Shown here in pieces: positions 26,429-37,504 of a stretch of 64,000 bases of DNA. Source of the stretch: an uncultured delta proteobacterium (GTDB taxonomy: Bacteria; Desulfobacterota; Desulfobacteria; Desulfobacterales; SG8-13); the NCBI GenBank assembly GCA_963848135.1, contig CAWKCK010000017.1, forward strand, positions 372,001 through 436,000, in the 5' to 3' direction. The stretch's first letter is position 1. Every line of letters begins with the position of its first letter. The notes beneath the pieces are model-generated. The model saw nothing but the letters and a program-made list of their open reading frames with translations, had not been told where the DNA came from and made no database searches. The translations under genes and the position numbers were made by a program.

Positions 26429-27226
26429 ATGACGTTAACCAATTTTAAGATCACCGTTGAATACGACGGCAGCGACTTTCATGGCTGGCAACGCCAGAAA
26501 CACGATCGGACCATTCAGGCTGAAATCGAGGAAGCCTTGGCCAGGATTGTTGGCCAAAGAGTAGCGGTTATCGGTTCTGGCAGGACGGACGCCGGCGTTC
26601 ATGCTCTCGGTCAGGTCGCCAATTTTCAATGTGCTACTCGGTTGAATGCAACTGTCATTCAGAAAGCGCTCAACAGTCTCCTGCCGAACACCATTGTCGT
26701 CAAAATGTGCCAGCAGGTCCATCCGGGCTTTCACGCCCGCTACGATGCCAAGAGTAAAACCTATCGGTATCGAATTTATAACCATCCCATACCGGTTGCC
26801 ATCGACCGGCAGTATGCCTGGCACGTTCGACACCCTCTTGACCTGAAGTCAATGCATGCCGCTGCTGAAGTGTTGATCGGCCCTCATGATTTCACGGCAT
26901 TCGAAGGTGCCGGCAGCCCGCGTTCCCATACCATTCGTCATGTCTTCAGGGCGCAATTGAAAGAGGAAAACATGACCGGCAGCCTGGCTTTTGACATCGA
27001 AGCCAACGGTTTTCTGAGGTTCATGGTTCGCAACATTGTCGGAACGCTGGTTCAGGTCGGCTGTGGTAAGATCAGCATGAAAAGATTCACCACCATTTTA
27101 CATTCAAAGGATCGCCAACAGGCGGGAGCGACGGCACCGCCGCATGGTCTGTTTCTGGTGAAGGTATCTTACGATGGGAAACCTGCAGCAGTAAAGGCCG
27201 CCGGCGCAAAGGGGGAAAAGGGGTGA
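26429..27226 (+). CDS. truA: tRNA pseudouridine(38-40) synthase
   Basis: YDGSDFHGWQ, SGRTDAGVHA, FLRFMVR, APPHGL. Confidence 0.97.
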   Translation: MTLTNFKITVEYDGSDFHGWQRQKHDRTIQAEIEEALARIVGQRVAVIGSGRTDAGVHALGQVANFQCATRLNATVIQKALNSLLPNTIVVKMCQQVHPGFHARYDAKSKTYRYRIYNHPIPVAIDRQYAWHVRHPLDLKSMHAAAEVLIGPHDFTAFEGAGSPRSHTIRHVFRAQLKEENMTGSLAFDIEANGFLRFMVRNIVGTLVQVGCGKISMKRFTTILHSKDRQQAGATAPPHGLFLVKVSYDGKPAAVKAAGAKGEKG

Positions 27227-27232
27227 GGCCGT

Positions 27233-29083
27233 CTATTCTTTCGTATCACCGGCATCTTCGGTAGCCTGGTGACTGGCTTTTAGATCCTGGACCATCTGGT
27301 TGTAAAAGGAAATCACTTCCCGCCGGCCGATCATTCCGATCAGTTTTCCGGGATCGTCGTCCGCGACAACCGGTAGACTATCAATGTTTTTGATCGTGAA
27401 TTTATGCAGAACCATGTTGAGATCCTCAGACGGAGTCGTAGTAATAATGCTCGTTGTTCCGATATCTTTCATTACGACAAGCTCTTCGATCTCCTGTGAG
27501 AAGAGGACCCCTCTGACATCATTGATTGAAAATATACTGACCAGCCGTTGATCCTGGTCCATTACCGGGAAATAATGCTGTTTAGTTCGCGAAAAATAGT
27601 GCTTGAAATCTAAAAAGGTCATGTCCTGCGGGATGAGTTGAACCTTTTTTATTTTATCCGTCAATTCCTTCACCTGAATGGCCTGGAGGAGGTCGACAAA
27701 GAATTCCCCGGCATGGGCAGGAGAGTCTATCTTGCTTTTTACCTGACGATGGAAAATGGTCCACCGCCGCGCCGCAAGGTAGGAAATGGAACAGACCGCC
27801 AGGCTGGGCAGCAGCAGATGGTACGAATTGGTCATTTCACTGACGAATATAATTGTCGAGATGGGCGTATTCGAAACCGCCGTGAAAAAGCCGGCCATCC
27901 CCACGACGACGAAGGCGCCGGGTTCAGTAACGATACCTGGCATAAGTTGATGGAATACTTTCCCGACGACTCCCCCCATCGCACCACCAATGACTACTGA
28001 AGGACCGAAAACACCACCGCTTCCGCCTGAGCCAATAGAAAAGGACGTCGTCAATACCTTACCGATGGCCAAGGTCAGTAACAATGAAATGCTCAGCTGA
28101 TTTTCCAGAGCCATCTGGGCAAAACCGTACCCGAAAGCCAGCGTGTGCGGTAGAAAAAAACCAATGATACCGGTGCAAAGTCCCCCTATGGCCGGTTTGA
28201 TGTGGTTGGGGATGTTGATACTTTTGAAGAGCCGTATGGTGCCGTAAAAAGTCTTGACGTAAAAAATGCCCAATCCCACCAGCACGATGGCCAGCACCAA
28301 GTAAGGCCCCAACTCGAGCGGGTTACGGAAGGTAAAATCCGGCGATTGAAACAGTGATCCCCACCCGAAAGTCAGGCAAAATAGGCAGTAAGCGACAACC
28401 GAAGAGATCCCCGCCGGTATGATCACCTCCGACTCGAATTCCGGATCGCGGTAGAGCACCTCGGAAGCGAACAGCGCCCCGGCCAGCGGCGCTCTGAATA
28501 TGCTCCCAACCCCCGCACCGATGCCCGCTGCCATCATAATCCGCCGATCCCGTTGCGACAATTTCAGTTTCGTCGCCAGAAACGAACCGAAACCGGCACC
28601 GATCTGCGCTATCGGCCCTTCCCTACCGCCGGATCCGCCCGTGGTCAGGGTAATGGCCGACGCAATGGTCTTGACAATAGGAACCCGGCCCCGAATGTAT
28701 CCGCCTTTGTTATGGTAAGCATCAATGGCGGCGTCTGTCCCATGGCCCTCGGCCTCCGGAGCGAACGTATAGACCAGCCAGCCGCTGACAACACCGCCGA
28801 GTGCCGGCAGGAACAAAAGGGCCCAACGTCTGAAAGGTGTGGTGGTCGGTGTCAGCAGGTGGTGTTCTCCTGCAGGTGACGGTGGCCGGTAACCGGCCAT
28901 CGCATCGAGAAAGTAGTGCATGCCGATCTGGGTTAAATAGTGAAACACAATAGAACCCAAACCGGCGATAATGCCAATAGCAACAAAGTAGAGGGTCCAC
29001 TTGCCGGCATGGGCAAAATCGAAAGATCGGCCTTCATCGATCAACTGCCTGAAGCGGCTGATCTTTTCCTTTGGCTGCGTCAT
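27233..29083 (-). CDS. CLC chloride channel/transporter with C-terminal CBS pair
   Basis: GGSGGREGP, FRAPLAG, GGSGGVFGP, CBS domains. Confidence 0.92.
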   Translation of the reverse strand: MTQPKEKISRFRQLIDEGRSFDFAHAGKWTLYFVAIGIIAGLGSIVFHYLTQIGMHYFLDAMAGYRPPSPAGEHHLLTPTTTPFRRWALLFLPALGGVVSGWLVYTFAPEAEGHGTDAAIDAYHNKGGYIRGRVPIVKTIASAITLTTGGSGGREGPIAQIGAGFGSFLATKLKLSQRDRRIMMAAGIGAGVGSIFRAPLAGALFASEVLYRDPEFESEVIIPAGISSVVAYCLFCLTFGWGSLFQSPDFTFRNPLELGPYLVLAIVLVGLGIFYVKTFYGTIRLFKSINIPNHIKPAIGGLCTGIIGFFLPHTLAFGYGFAQMALENQLSISLLLTLAIGKVLTTSFSIGSGGSGGVFGPSVVIGGAMGGVVGKVFHQLMPGIVTEPGAFVVVGMAGFFTAVSNTPISTIIFVSEMTNSYHLLLPSLAVCSISYLAARRWTIFHRQVKSKIDSPAHAGEFFVDLLQAIQVKELTDKIKKVQLIPQDMTFLDFKHYFSRTKQHYFPVMDQDQRLVSIFSINDVRGVLFSQEIEELVVMKDIGTTSIITTTPSEDLNMVLHKFTIKNIDSLPVVADDDPGKLIGMIGRREVISFYNQMVQDLKASHQATEDAGDTKE

Positions 29084-29106
29084 CTACTAAAGTCCCGGCG
29101 TATGCT

Positions 29107-30417
29107 TCATTCACTCAAATCTTTGATACCCTGCAAAATGGTATCGAACAGCTCTGTGAGATCTTCCTCTTCAGTACAGGAAAAAGCAACCCGCAGGTTC
29201 TGTTCACCAATGGCGATCAAACCGACACCGTAATGATCCAATAGATGCCGACGCAGCGATTCCGCAGCGACGGTTTTCAGCTTGAGGCACATGAAATACC
29301 CCGAGTTGAATGGATAGACGTCCCAGGCGTCGCTGTATTTCGGATCCGCCAATACGGCTTTGACCCGTAGGGCCCGGCTTTGAAGGATGGCAACTTTTTC
29401 CGCTTTCTGGGTCGCAAAAGCTTCATCCTGCATCGATTTCAATACGATGGACTGACTGAGGTGAGATGCATTGGATATCGTTCCCCGAACGCACCCGGCC
29501 GTTTTGCGTTCCATCGCATCGTAAACCAGCGCAGCATCGCCGTCAATTTTGACCCCGTAAGTAATGAATCCGACCCGCAGTCCCCAAACAAAATTCTCCT
29601 TCGTACACCCATCCAGCTTGACGGCCAACAAGCGCGGATGTCGGCCACATAGCTTGGCAAACACGGATTCTTTGAGGACGTCTTCTTCATAAAACAGTCC
29701 GAAGTAAGAATCGTCGGTTACGGCAATGACGTTGCTGCCGGCTTCAGCCGTCTCAATTAAAATCCGTGTTAATGCCTCTCCCTCCCGTTGGGTAATGGTA
29801 TATCCTGAAGGATTGTGAGGAAAATTCAGCATGACGATAATTTTTCCCCGGCGCCCCGCTTCGGTTTTGACCAGGTTTTCAAATGCAGGAAGGTTGAAAG
29901 CGCCCTTTTCATCAAAAATAGGATAATTGGCGATCACAGCGCCTTTCCGGACCTGGAAAATCATATTGTAGTTGCCCCACATCGGTTCCGGAAGCACGAT
30001 CATGTCTCCCGGTTCAACCCATATGTCGGCAAAGGCGCTGATTCCATGGGTGATGCCACAGGATACGACGGGAAGGCTGATCGGAATATCCTTAATAGAA
30101 GGATTCTGGTCGTGAATTTTTTTCTTCCACAACCGCCGCAATTCAGGCAGACCATACGAAGGAGCATAAGTGAGTGATTCGCTGGGGGCGAGTCCGTTAA
30201 TCATTTGCATGACGGCTTCCAGCCGCATGATGTCATTCTTTTCCGTTGCGATTCCGGCGGTGGCATTGAACCGATAGGCCTTTTCCTTTGCTTCCGCACT
30301 CTGGGTCAGAATTCCTTTGGGGAAAAAGAGCTGCCGGCCGATGCTTGACATCATCTCTAACAGGTGAGCATTTCCGGTTTCGATTATCCGGTTAAGTTCC
30401 GATGCAATAGGGTTCAT
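29107..30417 (-). CDS. PLP-dependent aminotransferase class I/II
   Basis: NFPHNPSG, DDSY, DGCTKENFVWGLRVG. Confidence 0.9.
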   Translation of the reverse strand: MNPIASELNRIIETGNAHLLEMMSSIGRQLFFPKGILTQSAEAKEKAYRFNATAGIATEKNDIMRLEAVMQMINGLAPSESLTYAPSYGLPELRRLWKKKIHDQNPSIKDIPISLPVVSCGITHGISAFADIWVEPGDMIVLPEPMWGNYNMIFQVRKGAVIANYPIFDEKGAFNLPAFENLVKTEAGRRGKIIVMLNFPHNPSGYTITQREGEALTRILIETAEAGSNVIAVTDDSYFGLFYEEDVLKESVFAKLCGRHPRLLAVKLDGCTKENFVWGLRVGFITYGVKIDGDAALVYDAMERKTAGCVRGTISNASHLSQSIVLKSMQDEAFATQKAEKVAILQSRALRVKAVLADPKYSDAWDVYPFNSGYFMCLKLKTVAAESLRRHLLDHYGVGLIAIGEQNLRVAFSCTEEEDLTELFDTILQGIKDLSE

Positions 30418-30945
30418 GACCTCAGCGTCTCCATATCCATGGGTTGGAAGTTACAATGTACTTTATCGTTAACAATCGTCTGATGATTCATATCCCGCTT
30501 TTACGCCAAGCCCGAAGGGCATGAGTGCGTCTATGTTTTTCGGCATTTTAGTATACAATAACCGGTTTGAGCCAAAATTTTAAGGTTATACGCATGACAC
30601 CGTGCTGATAGCAGAGCTTCCTCCGGTACTGCTGAAGTTCGCTGAAGAAAAACACGGGAGAATCGCCGGGCTTTGGGCAAGGCCGCCTGTCGGTTCCCCG
30701 TAAATGGATCGGATGCCGCTATATCCGGTAACCGCTCTCCACTGGGGAACAAAGCAATATGGCCACGTACTTACTTGCTGGGCAAGAACGATGTCAAGGG
30801 AAAAGGATTTGTATATAGGCAGGTTTTCAATCCAGGCAGAGATCCCGCAACAAATGCAGACACATCATTTCGGGACCGGGCTTCGATCGGGTTGATTCCA
30901 TGGATGTTATTGCTGCAGCGTCAGGCGATGAGCCGTCGTGTAATG

Positions 30946-30975
30946 AAAAACCCCGCTCATCCGTTGAGCGGGGTT
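30946..30975 (-). terminator. Intrinsic terminator of PxxKW gene
   Basis: CCCCGCTCA/TGAGCGGGG stem followed by T5 on minus strand. Confidence 0.7.
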
Positions 30976-30993
30976 CGCCTCGAAATCGCCGAA

Positions 30994-31278
30994 CTATTTC
31001 TTTTTGTTCTGCCGTTTGGAAGCCTTGAGCGGATTGATCTTCGCAGATTTCTGAGCGGTCATTGCGGCCACATGAGTCGCCATATTACAGTTGCCGACCG
31101 TCCATTTTCGAGCCGGTTCGGGACAGGCCGTGCAGTACCAGGCAGATTGCATTTCGACCTTGCGGTCGCAACCGTCACACTGCTCCACGATCTCGTGGCA
31201 TATCCCGCCATTGTAGGAACAGCCCTTTGAGGTCATAAAAGGACACTCCATACCTTCACGAATGGTTGTACAAATCAT
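30994..31278 (-). CDS. PxxKW family cysteine-rich protein
   Basis: CEIVEQCDGC-like Cys cluster, PARKW, CNMATH, KINPLKASKR. Confidence 0.85.
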   Translation of the reverse strand: MICTTIREGMECPFMTSKGCSYNGGICHEIVEQCDGCDRKVEMQSAWYCTACPEPARKWTVGNCNMATHVAAMTAQKSAKINPLKASKRQNKKK

Positions 31279-31392
31279 CGGAACCACCCCCTTCAAAAGA
31301 TGTGTTAGAAAGCTTTTTTCGTCAGTTGCGGTAAAACAGATCAATATGCACTGACCGAAAAGTTTATTGATACAGCGTTAACGAAATTGGGG

Positions 31393-31428
31393 ATAATAGA
31401 TACCAATATTTGAATTGTCAATGACAAT
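31393..31428 (-). promoter_or_regulatory. Sigma70 promoter with overlapping palindrome
   Basis: TTGACA-N17-TATTAT; ATTGTCA-A-TGACAAT overlaps the -35. Confidence 0.55.
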
Positions 31429-31606
31429 ATTATAGAATAGTTAAATATGGAGGATGCAGGCCGTGGTGGAATTAATACAGATCGATGCCACCTTGTTGAC
31501 AACCGCTCCGGTGTAGTTTATATGAGCCTGCTTGCACCCTGTAGTCAGGGTGCAGAATGTTGTGCGGGTGGCCACTTTGTCACCTGAACGCCCAAGACAG
31601 AAAGGC

Positions 31607-32944
31607 ATGAGCATGGAGGAATTCGACCCCATCGACACGGCCATTAAAGTTCTCGGACCGGCAAAGATCACTTCACCGATAAAACCACCGCTCGATAATT
31701 CCCGTTGTAACAGTTTCGTGACGAACGATGACCGGATAGCGGTGCATGTCGATATCGACAAGATCAAACAGATGCTCGAAGCGGGGATAGAGCCGCCGTC
31801 TTTTGAATTGGCAGGCCCCAGAGAGAAGATCTACTTCGATCCCAGCAAACTTAAATGTGCGCTGGTTACTTGCGGCGGTCTCTGTCCGGGCCTCAACGAT
31901 ATCATTCGGTCCATCGTGCTGCAGCTCTATTACGGCTACGGTGTCCGCAACATTTTTGGCATACGGTACGGGCTGCAGGGCTTTATCCCGGAATATGGCC
32001 ACGATGTGCTGACATTGGATCCCGAGGTTGTCGGCAATATCCTGGATACGGGCGGATCGATCCTCGGTTCATCCCGGGGTCCGCAGCCGATAGAGGAGAT
32101 CATCGACAGCATCGAACGAATGAACGTCGGGATCCTGTTCATGATCGGCGGTGACGGTACCTTGAGAGCCGCATCCGCCATTGCAGATGCCATTCAGCAA
32201 AGAAATCTGAAAACCAGTGTGATCGGCATCCCAAAAACCATAGACAATGACATTGTCATGGTATCGCGATCGTTCGGGTTCGACACGGCAGTCGATGTGG
32301 CAACCAGGGCGATTCAGGGTGCCCACAACGAAGCCAAGAGTTATCCGAACGGCATCGGGCTGATCAAATTGATGGGGCGATATTCCGGTTTCATTGCAGC
32401 CACCGCGACCCTGGCCCAGCAGGATGTCAATTTTGTGCTGATCCCCGAGATCGACGTCGACCTTGATGGTGAGGACGGATTTTTGCAAAAACTGGAAAAC
32501 CGACTGCGGCTCAGAGGGCACGCCGTTGTGGTGGTGGCAGAAGGATTCGGTCAGAAACTCTTCGGAAATACCGAAGAGGAACGGGACGCATCGGGCAATG
32601 TCAAACTGAAAGACATCGGTATTTTTCTGCGGAAGAGGATCAAAGCATACTTTGACGCCATAGGGCTTGAGGTTACGCTAAAATACATTGATCCCAGTTA
32701 TATGATCAGAAGCCTGCCGGCAAACGCCAACGACAGCGTTTTCTGCGGCTTTCTCGGGCGTGATGCCGTGCATGCCGGCATGGCAGGTAAAACACGGATG
32801 CTGATAAGCCATTGGAACAACTTCTTTGTCCATGTGCCCATGAGCCTTTCGTCTGGCAAGCGGAAGCATGTCACGGCATGCGGGAAGCTGTGGAGCACTG
32901 TCCTCGAAGCCACCGGTCAGGGGACATTGCGAAACGGCGAATAG
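31607..32944 (+). CDS. pfkA: ATP-dependent 6-phosphofructokinase (long, group X type)
   Basis: TCGGLCPGLN, GGDGT, PKTIDND, LMGR, YIDPSY. Confidence 0.9.
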   Translation: MSMEEFDPIDTAIKVLGPAKITSPIKPPLDNSRCNSFVTNDDRIAVHVDIDKIKQMLEAGIEPPSFELAGPREKIYFDPSKLKCALVTCGGLCPGLNDIIRSIVLQLYYGYGVRNIFGIRYGLQGFIPEYGHDVLTLDPEVVGNILDTGGSILGSSRGPQPIEEIIDSIERMNVGILFMIGGDGTLRAASAIADAIQQRNLKTSVIGIPKTIDNDIVMVSRSFGFDTAVDVATRAIQGAHNEAKSYPNGIGLIKLMGRYSGFIAATATLAQQDVNFVLIPEIDVDLDGEDGFLQKLENRLRLRGHAVVVVAEGFGQKLFGNTEEERDASGNVKLKDIGIFLRKRIKAYFDAIGLEVTLKYIDPSYMIRSLPANANDSVFCGFLGRDAVHAGMAGKTRMLISHWNNFFVHVPMSLSSGKRKHVTACGKLWSTVLEATGQGTLRNGE

Positions 32945-33022
32945 CGGCGCCACCACCGGATTTAGACCTCGGTAGAGTGTCGGCACCCGCTGAAATACCC
33001 GTGGCGATACCGAAAGGTTCCT

Positions 33023-34996
33023 TTATTCCAATTCGATGAATCCGTTGCCTTCTATTCGGAGCAGACTCAGCACTTTTTGTGCTTCCCGGTTGCCGTCAAA
33101 GGATGTTAATCCGGTTACGCCCGGGTAGTCGCGAAGGTTCAGCAGTTCTTCGCGGATCGCCGTTCTGGAAACGATATCGGGACGAGTCACGATCTGAAAC
33201 AGCATCATAGCCGTATCGAAAGTGGTGGCCTCGATAACACCCGGTGTCGTTCCGTATGTATCCTCAAAGAGCGCAACAAATTCCCTGACACGGCCATTGC
33301 GGCTGTCCACAAAAAAACCATCCGGCATGATCGCCCCCTGAACGTAATCTTTCGCCATCTCTATCAGTTTGGCGGAATGCCACAGATTGGTCCCTAACAA
33401 GTAGACGTTCTCGATATCATAATAGGCAAGTTGGGGAACGATCAACCCGGCCTTGGTCGGGGCATCGGGGATGAAAATTGCATCGAAATCGATTATGGGT
33501 TCGGGCCCCTCCTCCTCCCTCTGGCCCCTGTCGCGCCACTTTTTCTCTTGCGGATCGTTGGTCTTGGCATCTTCTTCTTTTGGCTGTCTGACAATCTCAC
33601 GCAAATCATCGGGCGTGTCGTAATGCAAACCGATCAGTTTTTTGATCGGTTCCGCAAAATCCGTATGGGTCGGATTGTACGCTTCAGCACCGACCACCCG
33701 GCCCCCATGGTTGATTACCTCATCCCAGAAGATGTTCATGAAGGCATCACCGTATCTTTCTGCGGGATACAAGATGACGAAATTCCTGGCCCCAAGCACG
33801 TCGATCGCATAGGACGCTATTCGTTTCGCCTGCATCTCCGGCGTCAGAAAATTCCTGAAGACCCTGTCACCGATGTCGGTAATATTCTCTTTCTGGGTGA
33901 AGGTAATTATCGGTATGCCGTTATTCTGGGCGATTTGAGCAGCGACCTCGGCGTTGACCAAGGGTCCGATAATAGCCGCCACTTTGGCTTCAATCAGCGC
34001 TTCGACAGCCGCCGCGACTGTATCAGGCTCGGAGCCCGTGTCTTTGACGATCAGCTTGATGTCAGAAACGCCATTCTGGCGGTTGAACTTGGCCAGAGCG
34101 ATTTCGATACCCTTTAGCGCGAGTTCACCGTATGTCTGATAGCGGCCGCTCAGGGGAAGCAGACATCCAATAGCCGTGCGGTTGTATACGGTTTTGCCAG
34201 TTAGCTCGTCGATCATTAGACGGGCCTGGGGGCCATTCTCATGTGTCGGATAAGTGGCGATGAATTCGGTAAATTCTCGCACGGCATCATCGTATCTGTT
34301 TTCTTCAACCAGATTTACCCCCAGCTGGTACATCAGGTAACCTCTGGTCAAGTCATCTTGTACATGGGCGAGCAATTCTAAGATGTCGGCGGTGCTCAGA
34401 AGATTGATGGCTGTCTTCAATTTTTCAACAATCCACTCGGTCTGTGTTTCCGCCGCAGTCCCGCGGGCCATCGTATAGAGATTTACAGCATCCATTGGAG
34501 ACTGTAATGCCAGATAAGTATCTCCCAGAATCTCGTAAACCCGCGCACGCTGTCCGTTAGATAACGGTTCTTCCAGTATCACAGACGCCAGCTGAATGGC
34601 CTGATCATACTTTCCTTCGTAGTAATACGTTTCGAGAATGCCCATCTTTGCATCTGTCGCATACGGGGTCTGCTGATACTCAGCGAGGACGCTACTAAAG
34701 GCCTCATGGGCTTCCAGGTAATTGCCGAAAATGATCTGGATTGCGCCGATTCGCAGCAGGACCCTGGGGACGGCCAGGCCTTTGGGAAAAAGCTCCAGAT
34801 ATTGCTCATAATAATTGAGGGCTTGATCATAATTGTGGCTCTCGAAAAGTCTGTCTGCTTCCACTACCGTTTGGTGCCCCGGATAAACAGCCTCCGGTGG
34901 CGGTTGTTTTATTATTACCGGTTTAGGGGCACAGGACCACAGGAACAATATCCCCCCGATGACAATGAGGATATTTCGCGATTTTATATTAATCAT
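33023..34996 (-). CDS. Penicillin-binding protein activator-like lipoprotein (TPR + periplasmic-binding domain, LpoA/LppC-like)
   Basis: Lipobox LWSC, TPR repeats, LLPLSG, IIGPL, GVTG. Confidence 0.8.
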   Translation of the reverse strand: MINIKSRNILIVIGGILFLWSCAPKPVIIKQPPPEAVYPGHQTVVEADRLFESHNYDQALNYYEQYLELFPKGLAVPRVLLRIGAIQIIFGNYLEAHEAFSSVLAEYQQTPYATDAKMGILETYYYEGKYDQAIQLASVILEEPLSNGQRARVYEILGDTYLALQSPMDAVNLYTMARGTAAETQTEWIVEKLKTAINLLSTADILELLAHVQDDLTRGYLMYQLGVNLVEENRYDDAVREFTEFIATYPTHENGPQARLMIDELTGKTVYNRTAIGCLLPLSGRYQTYGELALKGIEIALAKFNRQNGVSDIKLIVKDTGSEPDTVAAAVEALIEAKVAAIIGPLVNAEVAAQIAQNNGIPIITFTQKENITDIGDRVFRNFLTPEMQAKRIASYAIDVLGARNFVILYPAERYGDAFMNIFWDEVINHGGRVVGAEAYNPTHTDFAEPIKKLIGLHYDTPDDLREIVRQPKEEDAKTNDPQEKKWRDRGQREEEGPEPIIDFDAIFIPDAPTKAGLIVPQLAYYDIENVYLLGTNLWHSAKLIEMAKDYVQGAIMPDGFFVDSRNGRVREFVALFEDTYGTTPGVIEATTFDTAMMLFQIVTRPDIVSRTAIREELLNLRDYPGVTGLTSFDGNREAQKVLSLLRIEGNGFIELE

Positions 34997-35157
34997 CCTT
35001 ACCAACCTCCGCGTTTCGATGCCGTGCGACGCGTCGAAGTGACGTTTCCTTATGTCGAGGCGTCATTTAAATAAAAAGAATTTCCCCCAGAAGCATGCTT
35101 CCCGGCCGACTCTTTTATTCGAGTGGTGTTCAACCAAAAAACTTCACCGGTGCATGT

Positions 35158-36393
35158 TTATTCATCGTCCAGGTACCGGTTGCCGATAGAACGGACGATG
35201 TCGGTGATCGAAAAGAAAATATCGACAAGCTCGGGATCGAAGTGGTAGCCAGATTCCTTTTCGAGAGTCATCAAGACATCCGACTCATTCCAGGCTTTCT
35301 TGTAAACACGGGCTGACGATAGCGCATCATAAACATCCGCCAATGCAACGATCCTTCCAAAGAGGGGAATTTCCGTCCCCTTTTTACCAAGGGGTCGACC
35401 ATTGGGGTCGATATGACCCGGCAGGGGTGAGCCGGTCTTAATATCGACATATCCGGGATATCCTTTACCGTCCCAGCGCTCGTGATGGGTTAAGGCCACC
35501 TGTGAAGCGGCGTCGTCGAAATCAGATTGTTGGCCCAGAAACAGCTGTGCGCCCAGTATCGTATGTTGTTTTATCGTCTCGAACTCATCAGTATTGAATC
35601 GGCCGGGTTTCTTCAATATCAAATCAGAGATGGCGACCTTGCCAACGTCATGCAACATGGCCGCCATTCGAAGAATATCCCTGCTTTTGTCGATTTCACT
35701 TTGAGGCAGGTTGCGCCGCGATGCCCATCTTTCATAAATTTCAACAGCAAAACCGCCGACACGATTAACGTGGGCACCCGTCTCCTTCGGATCCCGCAGT
35801 TCGGCCATTCGTATCATTCGAAGAATTATCGCCCGGGTCATCTGAGCGCGCTCGAGTGCGACAGCGGCAATACTGGCGAATTGCAGCATCATTTTTTCGT
35901 CTCGATCGGAAAAGGCGATAACCCGGTATTTCTCATCCTGGGCATTGATGATTTGCAGAATGCCCAACAACGAGCCGCCGGCTGACTTCAAGGGGATCGT
36001 TAACGCAGATCGGGTTTTGTAACGGGAAGCTTCATCAAACTCTTTGCTGAAACTGTATGGTGCCGTTGATTCAATCCGGTAAACATCGGCGATATTCAAG
36101 GGTCGGCCGGTGGCGGCGACATACCCGGCGATGCTCTGCTTGTTGATCGGCAAAGAAAACGTCGCGAAGATCAGCTTTTCACCCGGTGACAGGCGCTTTC
36201 GAAGCGTATCATTCTGGGTGTAAGTGAATTGCAGTGTTTGAGTGTCGGAAATGTAAATGGATCCGGCGTCGGCGTTCACGAAACGGCGGGCTTGTGTGAG
36301 TATGTGCTCCATAAGGATATCAAGGTCGCTCACTTGGTTGAGCTCGATGACCAAGCGACTCATCGTATCCATCTTTTCCTTTTCGGTCAGCAT
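35158..36393 (-). CDS. GAF + HD-GYP c-di-GMP phosphodiesterase
   Basis: GAF; ETGAHVNRV, LHDVGK, HHERWDGKGYP, ADVYDAL. Confidence 0.9.
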   Translation of the reverse strand: MLTEKEKMDTMSRLVIELNQVSDLDILMEHILTQARRFVNADAGSIYISDTQTLQFTYTQNDTLRKRLSPGEKLIFATFSLPINKQSIAGYVAATGRPLNIADVYRIESTAPYSFSKEFDEASRYKTRSALTIPLKSAGGSLLGILQIINAQDEKYRVIAFSDRDEKMMLQFASIAAVALERAQMTRAIILRMIRMAELRDPKETGAHVNRVGGFAVEIYERWASRRNLPQSEIDKSRDILRMAAMLHDVGKVAISDLILKKPGRFNTDEFETIKQHTILGAQLFLGQQSDFDDAASQVALTHHERWDGKGYPGYVDIKTGSPLPGHIDPNGRPLGKKGTEIPLFGRIVALADVYDALSSARVYKKAWNESDVLMTLEKESGYHFDPELVDIFFSITDIVRSIGNRYLDDE

Positions 36394-36853
36394 ACACTTT
36401 TCCCCCCAACGCTCCCATTGCACTATGGCGTGCTGCATCCCGCTATCCCGCTGGCCTCGGTCATAATCCCTTTCAGCCGGTTTGACCGTCTATCGCCAGG
36501 CCACCAAACAGCAGTTTACTCATATCACAGACCTTATAAAATGAGAATAGTCACCCATCATGGCATAACGGCATACCGCCGCGCCGCAGGTATGTTTGTT
36601 ATCAAACAAAATCGCACTGACGGTTGATCCAGGTGAGTGCTCAAATGATGCGTAAAGAGTAAATTTGTAATACAGAACAATAGTGCGTAAACTCCGAGAA
36701 TATTTGCAAAAGGGGCGTCGATATGTTAAATTATTCTGTATTCTCTGTTACCTCAGCGGCCTTAAAGGCCTTCTTCAACAGATGGCTGCAGAACATCCGA
36801 AGGAACCGCGTGAGAACCGGCATCACATAAACTCCTGAAAGGAGGTTATATTA

Positions 36854-37408
36854 ATGAATTGGCTTAAAATCATCATCCCGTTGGTTTCGTTGGTATTCTC
36901 CAGCGCGGCATCGGCGGAATTTTATAAGTATTACGACGATAAAGGAAATGTCCACTTCACGGACGATTTCAATAAGGTTCCCGAAGGGCAACGCGAGAAG
37001 GTTGAAGGCTACGATGAGTATCGCCGCGATACGGAGGAATCTACCGCGCCCGCGCAAGATCCGGACAACCAAAAGATAAGCGCCGGCCAATCCGCCGGAA
37101 GTAAGTATGGTGGTGGCAAAGAAGTTGACATTGATGGCGATCTAAAGATATTAGATCAGAGGAAAGCCGATTTGGCCAGGGAATATGAAAGCCTTATGCA
37201 GCAAAATGCGGAACTGGCCGCAGTTAAAAAAACCGTAAAAAACAAGTCCGATGCCGACAGTTATAATGAGAGGGTTCGGAAACTAAACGAAAGTTTAAAA
37301 GAGCACGACCGCAAGCGAAAAGAATTCTTCAGTGATGTGGAAGAATACAACACCAGGGTTGCCGAGGAAAATAAGGCGCGCTCAAAAGAAAAACCGGATT
37401 CCCAGTAA
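36854..37408 (+). CDS. Exported DUF4124-type protein with coiled coil
   Basis: Signal peptide then FYKYYDDKGNVHFTD. Confidence 0.75.
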   Translation: MNWLKIIIPLVSLVFSSAASAEFYKYYDDKGNVHFTDDFNKVPEGQREKVEGYDEYRRDTEESTAPAQDPDNQKISAGQSAGSKYGGGKEVDIDGDLKILDQRKADLAREYESLMQQNAELAAVKKTVKNKSDADSYNERVRKLNESLKEHDRKRKEFFSDVEEYNTRVAEENKARSKEKPDSQ

Positions 37409-37504
37409 GTGAAGTCGCCTCTAATGACCTGAAACAGCTGATCTGATCTCCTTTTCTACTTATAGATAGTACCAGAAGTAAACTTATAACAGGGAGGAGG
37501 GCAC

